Positions 46,714 through 59,496 of a stretch of DNA of 64,000 bases are shown in pieces (positions within the stretch are counted from its first letter, which is position 1; every line of letters begins with the position of its first letter). Under the pieces are notes generated by a model. It worked only from the letters and a program-made list of their open reading frames with translations. It made no database searches and was not told the DNA's origin. Source of the DNA: Felis catus (taxonomy: Eukaryota); assembly GCF_018350175.1 (NCBI RefSeq), contig NC_058373.1, forward strand, positions 101,620,001 through 101,684,000, written 5' to 3'. The translations under genes and the position numbers were made by a program.

Positions 46714-49359
46714 TAATATACAAAAGCAAAATAAATTAAGCTCTAAGGTAGGACTACTTAAGGGCATTTTCTTTGGACAGCGGTACAGCACCGATCAGGC
46801 TAACTTAGATTTTAACAAACCGTGAGCACAGATGGATAACTACATTCTATGTTTCTCTCGGTAGTTTTAGGGGTCTACCCAGTCATCGACCTATTATTTA
46901 AGAAATTTTTCTTCTCCAGAATATATGAACATGGTAAGCAAAGAGATTTCAATGTTTAGAAAAAGCACTGTACAATAAAATTAACTTCTTATCCATGTGA
47001 CCACGTTCTCTCCATCTCCACGTCCACTATGCGCATTACTAAAATTAACGTAGAATAAAAAAACCTTCAGTCCCACAGAGCAGTCACTTTATATGGCTGA
47101 CACTATTTCCCAAAAGCAGTACAGGCAGCAGAGCTGTTTACTCCTTTTAGATATTTAGCTTTAGGACTCTTAATTAATCAAAGTGAAATTGTTCTAAGAA
47201 AGCCATTCAACAGATCCAGGAATAGAGCCACATTTTTTTTTCTCTTGGCATCACTCTAAAGTATCAGTTCAGACTCATCTTCCGAGCTATACTGCTGGTA
47301 CCAAAGACTCGCTGGCTGCTGCTCTGACCACAGATCAGTGATTGGTTTGAGCAAAAGAGTTTAAATAATTTGAGACTAACATTAGGAGTTTCTCCAAAGG
47401 ATGAATATGCATACTTTGCATACTTTTAGGAACAATGCTAGACAGGTATCAATATTTTTATCTTTCCCCTTTGAATAGAGTTGTTTTAAAATATTTTTGG
47501 TGTCAAAATTTGACTTACAATTATACTGTACAACTGATTATTGAGGGATGCACATTTGTGAGTGTTGAATGATATATAAATAAGTAAACTACATGAATAC
47601 TTTTAAATACATATTATTTAACCGGGGGGGGAGGGTGTGTGGATACGTCACACTGCTGTGACATAGCCACACCTAAAATGAAAGCTCACACTCCTGCAAG
47701 GTGTAAGAGATACAAAGAAATCATTATTTGTACCATGGCAAGAATATTCCATGAGCACTGTTCGTAAATATATAATTGGAAGAAAAGAGAAATGTAGCAA
47801 GGAAAGTTTTTTCATACTTTTAGAGTATTTCTACATTTCTATTTCCTTTCTATGCATACAGTGGACATATTTTCAAAATATGTTGATTTGGAGAGTAGAG
47901 AAGAGCTCTATGAGAGCTATTAGCAAGAGTGGTCCTCAGGCTTAAATATATTGAACAGGCTTAAAACGACACACATACTGCAAACCGCCATGTACTTTGT
48001 TGCTTTGTGAAAGACCATTATCTGGGTATCTGAACTTGACTGCTAGGTCAGGGAGTTAATGATGTAATCCAAGAGGCTTCTCAAATTCTTTCGTAATACC
48101 CGACACGTGTCAAAAGTCTGGTCATTTCCTATCACTTCCCCTTCCCATGAAAAACAACCCTCAAACTTCAAACAAATTAGCAATTTGTCCAAAGCCTGGG
48201 ACCCAACTCTCCTCAACCATGGGACAAGAAGTGGGAAATGCCAGTTACAATTGTGAAAATCATCAAACGTCATTACTAAGTTTCTACACCTATACTTCCT
48301 TAGTACTAAAGGGACATACTCCATGGTATAATATTATTACTCTAACGAATAACTGCTAAATAGACTACATTTATTACATAACATTTTTAATTCAGGAGAA
48401 TCTGTAGTACCCACAGCAACAAAGAGTTGTCAGTATAGGTATAAACCACAGCATAGCGGTATTCAACAATGGTTTCTGTAAGGTGGAAAACCCTTTAAAG
48501 ATAAATCAAACCACATAATAGCAAAAGTAACTGTAACAAAGCAAAAAAAAATTACCTAAGTAAACAGCGGTCACTGCACAGGGAGCAGTTTGGTAAAAGC
48601 TGGAAGGGTTACGCCGCCAGGCTAACTAGGCCGCAGCTGGACCTGCAGGAATAACAGAAGGCTAGGACTGCTGAAACAGATAAAATGGGGGGAACACACT
48701 GGAGTCTGAGCAAGGACAAGAGCCAGCAGGAGACTGCCTTGTGCAGGGATCTTGTTTCTGCTTTCTCTTCATAAGTAGTCTACTTTCCTAAAACACTGGA
48801 AAAGGTAAAGACGGGTAGATATCACGAGAGCTTCCAGGCACTCAATCTTTGCACAGTCTCCATGCCTAGGAACCAACAGCCTACCCCTGAGAAGGGTAAA
48901 CCTTACTGGCAGTCAAGTCACCTTTGAGGAATCAGCTAAGGACTACAAATCTAATTTTTGAAGCATGAGAAGGTGGCTTCCACAAACTGCAGCCTTAATT
49001 AAACCTTGCAGAATTGTGGAGAATAATCAGGAAAACATGATTAAAAGGTTTCTTAATACTTGAAAGTAGCACTTGCTAGGAGACAGCAAGGGCTTGTGAA
49101 AAGACTTTGACAGGAATGCCAAGGTAACAGCTCCAGGAAACCTATCTGGACTCGACAAGGTCCCTCATGATCAAAAGTACTTGTGAACCAGAAAGAAAAA
49201 TGAGGAGTGGGTGCTGACATCATTAGTTGGATTAGAAACTGCTGAAATTCAGAGCATGAATCTTTAGTACCTAGCAACAGGTCAATAAATAATTTTCTGC
49301 ATGAGCTGACCAACAGTTCACCTCCCTTGAGGTGTCCTTCAGACCATAAAACACAGGCC

Positions 49360-49427
49360 TTTAAATTTTTTTTTAAATGTTTTTATTTATTTTTGAGAGA
49401 GAACAAGCGAGCAAGCAGGGGAGGGGC

Positions 49428-49478
<51 letters not shown>

Positions 49479-49609
49479 AGAATCTGAAGCAGGCTCCAGG
49501 GTCTGAGCTGTCAGCACAGAGCCTGATGCCGGGCTTGAACCCACGAATCATGAGATCATGACCTGAGCCGAAGTCCGACGCTTAACCGCCTGAGCCACCC
49601 AGGTGCCCC
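49360..49609 (-). mobile_element. CAN-SINE with (GA)n expansion
   Basis: TSD aaaacacagg(c/t)ctttaaa. Confidence 0.92.
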
Positions 49610-49912
49610 AAAACACAGGTCTTTAAAGCTTGTCTCGTTATGAAATGGTTTGGTTCTCACTCTTCTGGCTCTACATTCTCTTCTTCCACATACTCACCCT
49701 GCTAAGCAATCCCAAAATGTTAACGGCTACTCTCAAAGGTGGAGAATCATTTTTTCGCTAGCAGAGGATTAACCAACCAGCATCTAATTCAAGGCACTCT
49801 TAGAGTACAAATTCCACAAACTCATCCATAAACTCCCTTGATTATTAAGTGGAATTTCTAGATACTGGTTTTCTTTCTTTGATCTTTTAAGAAACTTCTG
49901 AAAAAAAAAAAT

Positions 49913-50119
49913 GGGGTGCCTGGGTGGCTCAGTTGATTAGGCATCCGACTTCGGCCCAGATCATGATCTCACAGTTTGTGGGTTCGAGCCCCACATCGGG
50001 CACTGTGCTGACAGCTTGGAGCCTGGAGCCTGCTTCAGATTCTGTGTCTCCCTCTCTCTCTGCCCCTCCCCTGCTTACATTCTGTCTCTCTGTCTCCCAA
50101 AAATAAATATTTAAAAAAA
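49913..50119 (+). mobile_element. CAN-SINE
   Basis: TSD aagaaacttctgaa at 49889 and 50120. Confidence 0.92.
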
Positions 50120-50430
50120 AAGAAACTTCTGAACCACTTACACTATCTTCAATTGCCTTAACTACCTCATTCCAAATAAAAGCACAAGAATTCTTACAAA
50201 AACATGCCATAGTTTACCTGCCTTACAAGCAGCAGCAAAAATGAATTTAACGAGTCATTTTTCCTTAAAACCTGCTGTTTCAAAAAGGAAAAACAAAGTT
50301 AACACTTCAAATGCCACAATTTTTTAAATTGGTTACAAAAAATGATGATGCTGTGGCATCAATGTTTATGAATCTTGTCAAGTGACAACACAGAGTAATG
50401 TGTTTAGCCATTTAAAAACACTCCTTTCTA

Positions 50431-50650
50431 GGGGCACCTGGGTGGCTCAGTCAGTTGAGCATCCAACTTTCGCTCAGGTCACGATCTCTGTGGTTCTCGA
50501 GTTTGAGCCCCAGCATCAGGGTCTGTGCTGACAGCTCGGAGCCTGGAGCCTGCTTCAGATTCTGTGTCTCCCTCTCTCTCTGTCCCCTCCCCAACTCATG
50601 CTATGTCTCTGTGTCTCAAAAAATAAATAAATGTTAAAAAAAAAAATTTA
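50431..50650 (+). mobile_element. CAN-SINE
   Basis: Head, CT tract, A tail. Confidence 0.9.
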
Positions 50651-50837
50651 AACATTCTTTTTAGATCTGGGCACAGTACTTAAAAAAAAAAAAAAACGCA
50701 CACACACACAATGTAATACTCTACTAGTTTTTTTAAAAACTGACAGTAATATGTCTTTATTATGGATTAAGCAAGTGTAAGAAATAGCTATTTGTAATCT
50801 TTAAAACAATGCACTGAAAATAAGTTAATTTCAGAGT

Positions 50838-50843
50838 TTTATT
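50838..50843 (-). terminator. CNIH1: CNIH1 proximal polyadenylation signal AATAAA (second one at 50756-50761)
   Basis: TTTATT on + strand, ~870 nt past the stop, at the end of an AT-rich repeat-free 3'UTR. Confidence 0.75.
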
Positions 50844-51708
50844 GTATTGCACTAAAGGAACAGCAGGACGGTTATACAATGTTCTCTCTCATTCAGTTTT
50901 GAAAATCTAAAGTACTTGCAAATTCTTAAGAATACCTTTACCACCAGATTAGAACATTAAGTATAATAATCAATTTCTTAATAAGTAATGTCTTACAAAT
51001 TAAAACACATTTAAAATAGCTTTAAATGCATTCTTCACAAGTAATTCAGCATATATTTTTATATCATGTTCACTTATGCTTAAGAATTAAAGCAAGTATA
51101 TTACTCTGATGGAAATAATGGGAAATCTCTCACTCATGCAATATACAGGGATAATATTCAAGTTGAAGGGGAGAAAATCCCACTCTTCTTATTTTGTCAA
51201 TGTGTCCATATATAATCACATACATGATAAATGAGGAAACCCATGAAGTTTCCCACAAGTCAGATATATATTTTCAGTTCATCAGAAGCACCTGATATCT
51301 ACAGCTAATTTATAATTAGATGGCACTTCAATAAACCAAAATGAGCCCTACAAGTTCCTATAAACAAAGCTTCCAATGGACTAAGGATAGTCAATAATTA
51401 ATGCAATCATTCAAGGGATTATGGCTGTTCCTTAAGGAGTGCAAGTTCAAACCTGTCAACACCAGAGGTATCATTTTATATTAATTTATACGTAATTCCA
51501 TTTAAATTCTTTATCCAAGTATAACATATGAAAACAGTCTTTCCACAAGCAAAAAATGTGGAAACATTTAAAAAATAAGGAGTCATTTTTCAAAGTAACT
51601 GATCAGATTCCATAGGCTACTCTTGGAAACAGGATCTTGCTGGATAGAATCCCTTCATTTGGTGGCTTTTTGCATGCACTTACTGGACCAATTCTTCTGT
51701 GTGTTGTT

Positions 51709-51736
51709 CTAAGAGCTCACCAAAACATAGATCATG
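51709..51736 (-). CDS. CNIH1: CNIH1 exon 5, coding part to TAG
   Basis: Minus strand: cttttcag|CATGATCTATGTTTTGGTGAGCTCTTAG. Confidence 0.95.
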
Positions 51737-54700
51737 CTGAAAAGAAGAAAAAGCCTATTAATTCAAACGTTCCTAATAATAAAAACAAAAGCACCAAAAA
51801 GTTGAGTCTGCTTTACACAGCCAACTAGTTTATGATATCACACCACCACAGAAAATGAAAAGACCAATGACCAGTTCACGAGACAATCTTAATTTGCATT
51901 TATGGACTTTTGCCTAAGGTAGGACTTGGCTCAGTGCTTGTGCTGTGGTTGTCTCCTATTTTCTTTCCAATTTTAGCAAACAGAACAGCACAGCTGAAAG
52001 CTTAATAGGGGATCAGAGCTTAGAGAAGCCATCCAAACAGCGCACTGCTCTGGAGTCGTCTAATAATAGCAGTGAGCATCTCGCAAGGGCTCACTTCATG
52101 CCAGGCCCTCCACTAGGTCTTTTATGTACATGACCTCGCTGAATCCTCCACGCAGTCCTAGGAGTTGGGTACCATTATCATCCCCATTTTACAGATGGGA
52201 ATGGTGACTTAAGGAACTTTCCCATCAGAGAAAGGCTCTAGGCAACAGCAAGAGGGTTAAAAAAGAAAAGGGCACAAGTGAGCAAAATAAAAAATAACCC
52301 TTTGATTCAGACCAACTCTACCAGAGTAAGGTGGGAAAGGCATGGTTCCAAAGCATGGGTCTCTAACTGGATATACAAAGCAAAGAGGTGAGCAAACTTG
52401 ACAAACAACTTAAAAGCAGAAATGAAATGACATAGAGCCACCACATGCCCACAAGTGCACATCTCTGATTTTCTCATTTATTCAATCATTCATTTCTTTT
52501 CTTTCTTTCAACAAATATGTCTCAAGTACCACTATATGCCAGCACTGTTCCAGTTATTTGTTAAAGAAACTGAAAAAATGAAAACTAACAGGAAATGAAA
52601 ATGACACATGGCATTTTGCTGTTTAGAACTTATTCACTATCTGTTTCATAAATGAACGTCTGTAGATGCACTAATGGATACTCATTTTCACAGGTATAAC
52701 CTCTAAAAGCATAACATATCTTTTCCATGAATTTCAGTCTAGCACTTCATTCATCATTTTCCGTAATGGAAACATATAACGTAAAGAGAAACATGAATAT
52801 AAACCTACCATCTAATACTCAGCAAGTTCTCCAGTAACAAAAAGAAGAGGGAATAAGAAAGCAGCTTAATGAATACAATTCCATCTTACATGGCCAACTT
52901 TCTTCCTATTTTGGAAATCAGTTGGAACTGTTCTCTCTGGCTGAATATATATCAATAAAAGATGAGAAAAGTATATTGGTGCAGTTTAAAGAAATACAAT
53001 CCCACATGTGAGAGTGCCCCTTCCCTCATTTTAATGAGCAGCCATTTTATTCCATCTCCAGTACACCTAGGGCGGTGGTGCTCACCCAGGGCTGACTGCG
53101 CCCCGCAGAGGGCATCTGGCACTGTCTGGAGGCATTCTTGGTTTTGATGACTGCAGAAGAGCAGGCGCTACTGGCATCTACTGGGTAGAGGCCAGGGATG
53201 TTGCTAAACATCCCACAATGCACAGACAGCCCCCACAACAAAGATTTATCCAGGCCAAAATGTCAACAGTGCCAAGGTCAAGGACTGCTGGCCTAGAGGA
53301 ATGATGCAGTCCATCATGGCTATAAAGGGAGAGGAGTCGAACGCTGCACCATCACATAGGAAAGACCTGTTTCTTTCATGTTCCCATTCAGATGAGGCAA
53401 GCCATAAAATAAAGGGCAGAGCATACAGTTTGTAAAGAATGATAAAAAGTAAAACACCATGGCAAGAGAGATGGTGAAGCCAAGCACAAACATTTTGGCA
53501 AACTCACACTTTTTTTTTTGCAATCTTCTCAATGCCATCACTTTGCACAGACAATGAGGATTACTGTGTCAGAAAACTTAGGAAGCAGCACCCCTGACCA
53601 AACTTTCTGACTCTGACCGCACACCAGCTGGGTGTCCCGACAAGTACCAGTTTATTCATATTCAATGTGTGTGCATTTGCTGGTGTGCACTGTGCCATTA
53701 GCAGTTACCACCATTCAAGATGCTGAGTTATTCTTCAAGTGGATTTTAAGGTGTTAAGACTGTAATGCCTACAAACTTTTTAGGCAGCAAAGTGAAATCA
53801 TATATTCATTTTCTTTTTTAAACTCACCCGTATAGGTAGTAAAAAAATGCTAGAAGATAAAAAGCCAATTTGCACCAGCCTTCTTTCTGACAATACGCTA
53901 AAATGTCTGCATTCATGATGGTTGTAGGGTCATAGAGTCCTGGTCCACTCATCACTGGCCTACTCATATACCTGCAATAAACACAGTCCATTAGCCACTC
54001 CAAAAAGGATGGGAAGGAGGGTTTTTCTCCTCAAATAACATTTGTTACAATGAGAGGCAGTCCACACAGGGAAGAGTGCTTTTAGTTCCAGGGTGGAGTT
54101 CTTTCCTCTTATCATCTTAATTTTAAAACAAGAGCCCCTAGGGGCGCCTGGGTGGCTCAGTCAATTAAGTATCTGACTCTCGATTTTGGCAGAGGTAATA
54201 ATCTCATGGTTCATGGGATCAAGCCCTGTGTTGGGCTCTGCACTGGAACCTGCTTGGGATTCTCTCTCTCCCTCTCTCTCTGCCCCTTTACCGCTCGTGT
54301 GCGTGCACATGTGCACATTCTCTCTCTCCCCAAATAAATAAACTTTAAAATAAATAAATAAATAAGCTCCTAAATGAGAACAGGACAGTTATTTAGGCCA
54401 CATCTGGTCTGCCCTATACTTTCATAAATACAAGAAAAAGAACAATAACTATAAAAAATTAAGGTTTTTTTTCTCTTAACTTTTTCTTTTAACGTAATTT
54501 TAGACTTACAGAAAAGAACACTTCACCAAGATATTCACATTAACCACACAGCTCCACCCTTCTCTTTTTTGTTCTAGCTCCAAATATGCATGTTTTTCTC
54601 AAAAAAAAAAACTATTTCAAACTCAGTCACAGATGTGGTATCACTTTACTCCTAAACACTTTTTCAGTCTATCTCCTAAAATGAAGAGCAATGAGATTTT

Positions 54701-57700
54701 AACATGCCTATTAAAGAAAAAACAAAAAACCTCTAACTCTATTATGTAGCTTTGACATACCTTAAAAGTTATAAAAAATGAATATATTTTATAGACAACC
54801 AAATTTAAAATCATAAAGTAAAAATGGAGAAAGAAGTTAAACACACTGTACATTTTGATTTATACGAAATTCAAAGAAGGGCAAAATTAATTCAAGTTCA
54901 CAGAGATCACTGCTCTCCTTGGGAGGTGCAGGGGTAACAGACAGGGATAGGGCTTCAGAGTTGCACACATAACTGTATCCAAATTAAACCTCACTTTTTG
55001 AAAAACACTTCTAAAGATTAACAAAGTAAGTGCCATAAAAGGTATTTAAACAGATATTTGTTCATCTACTTGATTTTTAAAATAAATGCCAACTGGGGCG
55101 CCTGGGTGGCTCAGTCAGTTGAGCACCTGACTTCAGTTCAGGTCATGATCTCGCAGTCAGTGAGGTAGAGCCCCACGTTGGGCTCTATGCTGACAGCTCA
55201 GAGCCTGGAGCCTACTTCTCTCTCTACCCCTCCCCCACTCACACTCTGTCTCTTTCTCTATCCGAAATAAACTTAAAATAAATGCCAACTAATTTTCAGT
55301 TTTCATTTAGGTGACTAGCATGTAAGATAACCATAGTATAAGTAAAATATAATTAGGAAAAGTATTAGAAATATATCTATATTACCTCCAAATATGGTAT
55401 GCCAAGAGGGGCATATTGAGACCCAGCGTAAGCCATTCTGCTGCACAAAGAAACATGACACAGAAGAAAGCATGGATGAGGTACTCTGGAAGTACGAGCT
55501 GGAAGAAAAATACAAGGCAGTTATCAAAATGCCTTGGCATTAAGTCAAATGCTTTTGGAAAGCAGGTGGCAACCAAGTTCCCATAATGCAAAATCACTGT
55601 TTTCTTAGAATCAGGGATGAAAGATGCTGAGTGTTGTTTCCATATTTAAATTTTTACCAAAAGCAGAATTAGAAGCAAACTGACCAGATGATATAGCTCG
55701 CGCTAAGAAAATAAATAGAACTTAAAATTCAAATGCTTACAGTAACAGGTTAAATTATACAAAGTTACCACCCAGACTATTCAGTTATTTGCTAATCACT
55801 TGGAATACTTCCCACCATTCAACAATAATAAAAATATAAAAATGAGGTATCTGATCGCATGCAACATGATACAAAAAAAAAAAAATCCACAAAAACAAAA
55901 GTTCCCTTTAGATTATTTTACACACTAATGTTTTAAAGCTTTTAACAGAAACCAGGAATGCTACATATACAATATTTAGCAAACCACACCACATTACCAC
56001 AAAAGTCATTTTTCAACGGAAAGCCAAAAAGCCAATAATCTCAGCACAGTCATAGGGGGAAGAACACTAATATACACAGATGCAAACAATGTGCATTCTG
56101 CAATGTAGGAGGGAAAAGACAGAGTTCTGAACCATAAAATTGGAAATTTCCCTAGTTCCTGAGCTCTGATTTTACATGGCCTTCCCGTTTCTTTTAAGCC
56201 TGCTTTCCAATGAACTACTACAGGCACAGCAGACCAGTAGAAGCTCAGAACTCAAAAACAAAATAATTTGTTTGATTGTAAAGAAAAATTAATTGAAGAG
56301 AAATACTTTTTATAAAATAACCAAGAATTCATGCTTTAGTTTTAATTGCCTTTCTCATCCTAAAGATTTCAGCCTAATGACTCTTATTTAAAGTCCCAAA
56401 CATTTCATTTCAAGTTTCGGCCAAGGACTTCCTATGAGTCACAAATGCAAAGCCAGTTTCTCAGATGTTCACATCGTATCAAGGTAAAATTATATGAATC
56501 CTCAACATCAGCAGATCTTTACTGAAAGGAAACCATCGCTGTAGAAACAAATGCAATTGTACTACATATTCAAGCCTGCTTTCTACTACTCCCAAATCAC
56601 TTTCTTCATTTCAAAGCTGTAAAGCAAAGTTTTTTAATGAATATTTTAAATGAAATCTCAGTAAAACCAACTAATCTATACCACTAACCAGATATTTTCT
56701 ACAAACTTAATATAATAAACTCTGTGTATGTATACAAACTTGTAAATAACACGAACCATTAAGCCACCATTTAATTAAGATCAAAATTAAACATCTGCAA
56801 GAAAACAAGAAAAGATCCACAGGAAATCTTTGAAACACAAAGACTACAACCAGGACAGACCAAGAAAAAGATACACTATATTAGGAGTTCCACTAGAGCT
56901 GTTTATAATACTCGTGTAAATTACAGGATTTTTCTTTTCCTTACAATAAGTACTTCAGCTCTTTAAAGCCAAGTGATAGGTAACAATACAAATCATCCAA
57001 ATTTTCATCCTACAATTCCAAACTGAGATATGGGGAGAAAATGATTTAGAAAGCATGATCTCTACTGCTCTTAACAATATACTTTAGTAAGAGGGATAAT
57101 AAAGATAATCTGCAACTCTTCCAGTTCTAATATGAAACAATGCCCTACTCCCTTCATCTCAAAAAAATCCAGACACTTTTATTATACATCTCTTACAAAA
57201 ACCAGCCCACTCCAATCATTCTTTAATGGTGAAATTTCCCGGTAAGTGGCACAAAAATTATTCCATTTAGGAACCAATGTTTACACAAAAACTAGTATCC
57301 AGAAAAAAATTCCTCACACAAATATGGCTGAAATGATAATATTTAACATGCAAATCGTAACATTCTCTAGTTAAGGTTCACATTTTAACATAGAATATTT
57401 GTCTTCCCCCATACTTTGGCAGAATTGTCAAAACAAACTTTAAATAGGGAAAACTGTCAGATGCACTGCTAGCAAGCCAATTATCGGCACCCTATCCAGA
57501 ATGCAACTTGTGCTGGTATAAAAACTCCCAATCTATGCCGCATCGGGGTGTCCCAAGCAAGTTATCTTTTTAAGGTGAGAATTTCCTTCCATGAAGAAGA
57601 GTCAGAAATCACACGTTCTATGTAAAAATGAAATTAGTCCCTCTTAAATTTACAATAAATTAGGGAAACACCGAAGCTTGAACTTAAAAATGTGGAGGTC

Positions 57701-58744
57701 TGGGTTCAAATTCTGGTTCTACCTTAGCTGTTTGATCTTGTTAGTAAAGTGCTTCAACCTGGCTAAGCCTCAGCCTATCCTCCTATTCATGAGAATAACA
57801 ATACACCTACCCTTTAGGACTGTCACAAGCACTGAAAGAAAAATCCCAAGTAGAGATGCTTAGCACAGGGCCTGGTGCCCAGGAAAGCCCTCATCTGATT
57901 TCAGCTATTCTCATCCTCATCATTTTTTGGTTATTTGAAGTAATGAGAAGCCAAAGAAGATAGAATATTATTAATAAACTGTCATTAATAAACAAATTTT
58001 GGTTTCTTAATTTCTTGGTAACAATTAGTTTCAACAGTGGGTTAAGATATTTTACAGTGAACATTGTTACTTTCCAATGAGAAAGCAGACTCATCTTCTC
58101 TTTTGTTTCATAACAGCAGAGAAAGAGCCAGTAAGTTAACACTGTTAATTGTCCCTACATAGTCTTACTGTAGCAGTTCTTTAAAGACAAGCTAGAAATC
58201 TATTCCATCACTCATATTTATCTAGGAAACAATGATAAAGTAGCAAACTAACTTTATAGATCTTTCCCCCAAAAAATCCTTCTAGCATGCTAGTGCCTTA
58301 CAGTTTTATACAACTCAAGTCTACACAAGTTTTCATCTTCATTAACTTTTAAAGATGAATTATTGTATTATTGTATTCTTGAAGACGTACCCACTGCTTT
58401 CAAATAACCTTTCAGTTTCTGACCAGTTAGGCAAAATCAAACCTACAGGCTAAAGGTAAAATCTTCCTAAATGAATAAACTAAATGAAGTCAAAAAATAT
58501 GTATAAAAACCCCTAAGCACAATGGAGCCGATCCGCATTATAACTAAATCCATCAGAGCTCAGAACTTAGTGTAAGACAAGGCTGTTTTAGAAATTGAGA
58601 GTGGATATATACCAGAAATAACTATGTAGACATTTGTACATAAATTATTATCCATAAAATTCTGGCAGCATGAGTCCAGAGCCTAAGGACAGAGCTATCC
58701 ACCTAAAAGGAGTGAAAAATTAATTCCAGAATAGACATAACCAA

Positions 58745-58775
<31 letters not shown>

Positions 58776-59496
58776 GTAGACATGCTCCTGAAGACTCCAC
58801 TTCCGGGCTACCTCACAGTAAGTCACAACATAAGAATAACCTTACCATCTATTAAAGTCATTGTATGTTAACCAACTTTCAAACACTGAACCAAATAATG
58901 TAATATAGAAGTGCCTATGGCTATAACATTTCAGAAATGCATAAGCATTTAACAGCTTTCCCTACTTGGCTGGGCCAGCAAGCAAACATTTGCATAAAGT
59001 AAGAAACTTCATGAAATCATAAACCTCAACAGGCATATAAATGAGCACACCGAACAGAACACTTTACAGATACAAATGCCCTAACCCTCCCCATGAAATG
59101 AATGTAGCATTAAAACATTAAACTAAAAAGCAGTACACACCTTTAATGCAATTTTGACTCTTTTAATCTTTTTGACCTTTTCAACTGTCTTTGGCCGACA
59201 ATGTAAAAAGCAGATTGGAAGAATGTTAGTATGACAGCTGACAAGATCACCAGCAGATTAATAATAGAATAGTCAAGCAGGAAAGAGAATATTTTTGTAA
59301 ATTCTGCCTACTCAAAAAAAGTACAACTATATCATGCTACTGAGAATATTGGCCATTTTTAAATTATATCAAGTTAAAAGCAAAAACAGGTTAAAAATCT
59401 ACAGAAAAATCCTTTATTATAACTTACAGGATTCAGGGTATTACACTGGTCTATGGGATTCTTGTAATCAGTCTTCAGTTCATCAAATGCTATAAT
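51709..59496 (-). CDS. CNIH1: Protein cornichon homolog 1, 5'-partial CDS (exons 2-5): complement(join(51709..51736,53828..53971,55386..55498,59428..59496)); exon 1 is outside the window
   Basis: GT-AG exons of 69+113+144+28 nt. Translation: [117 protein letters not shown]. Recognised as CNIH1, the known downstream neighbour of CDKN3. Confidence 0.97.
52060..52225 (-). mobile_element. MIR (CNIH1 intron 4)
   Basis: accattatcatccccattttacagatg core. Confidence 0.75.
53073..53290 (+). mobile_element. MER20 hAT-Charlie element (CNIH1 intron 4)
   Basis: gctactggcatctactgggtagaggccagggatgttgctaaacatcc; 8-bp flanks acctaggg/gcctagag. Confidence 0.9.
53828..53971 (-). CDS. CNIH1: CNIH1 exon 4
   Basis: Minus strand: ttattgcag|GTATATG...TACGG|gtgagt; encodes [47 protein letters not shown](G). 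Confidence 0.97.
54141..54365 (+). mobile_element. CAN-SINE (CNIH1 intron 3)
   Basis: Head and tail. Confidence 0.9.
55095..55275 (+). mobile_element. CAN-SINE (CNIH1 intron 3)
   Basis: TSD aaaataaatgccaact. Confidence 0.92.
55386..55498 (-). CDS. CNIH1: CNIH1 exon 3
   Basis: Minus strand: ttcttccag|CTCGTA...TGGAG|gtaata; lies within ORF 55382..55597. Confidence 0.97.
57690..57885 (+). mobile_element. MIR (CNIH1 intron 2)
   Basis: ctgggttcaaattctggttct...aagcctcag...cttagcacagggcctgg. Confidence 0.7.
59428..59496 (-). CDS. CNIH1: CNIH1 exon 2
   Basis: Minus strand: ttttag|ATTATAGCA...AATCCT|gtaagt; encodes [23 protein letters not shown]. Confidence 0.96.
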
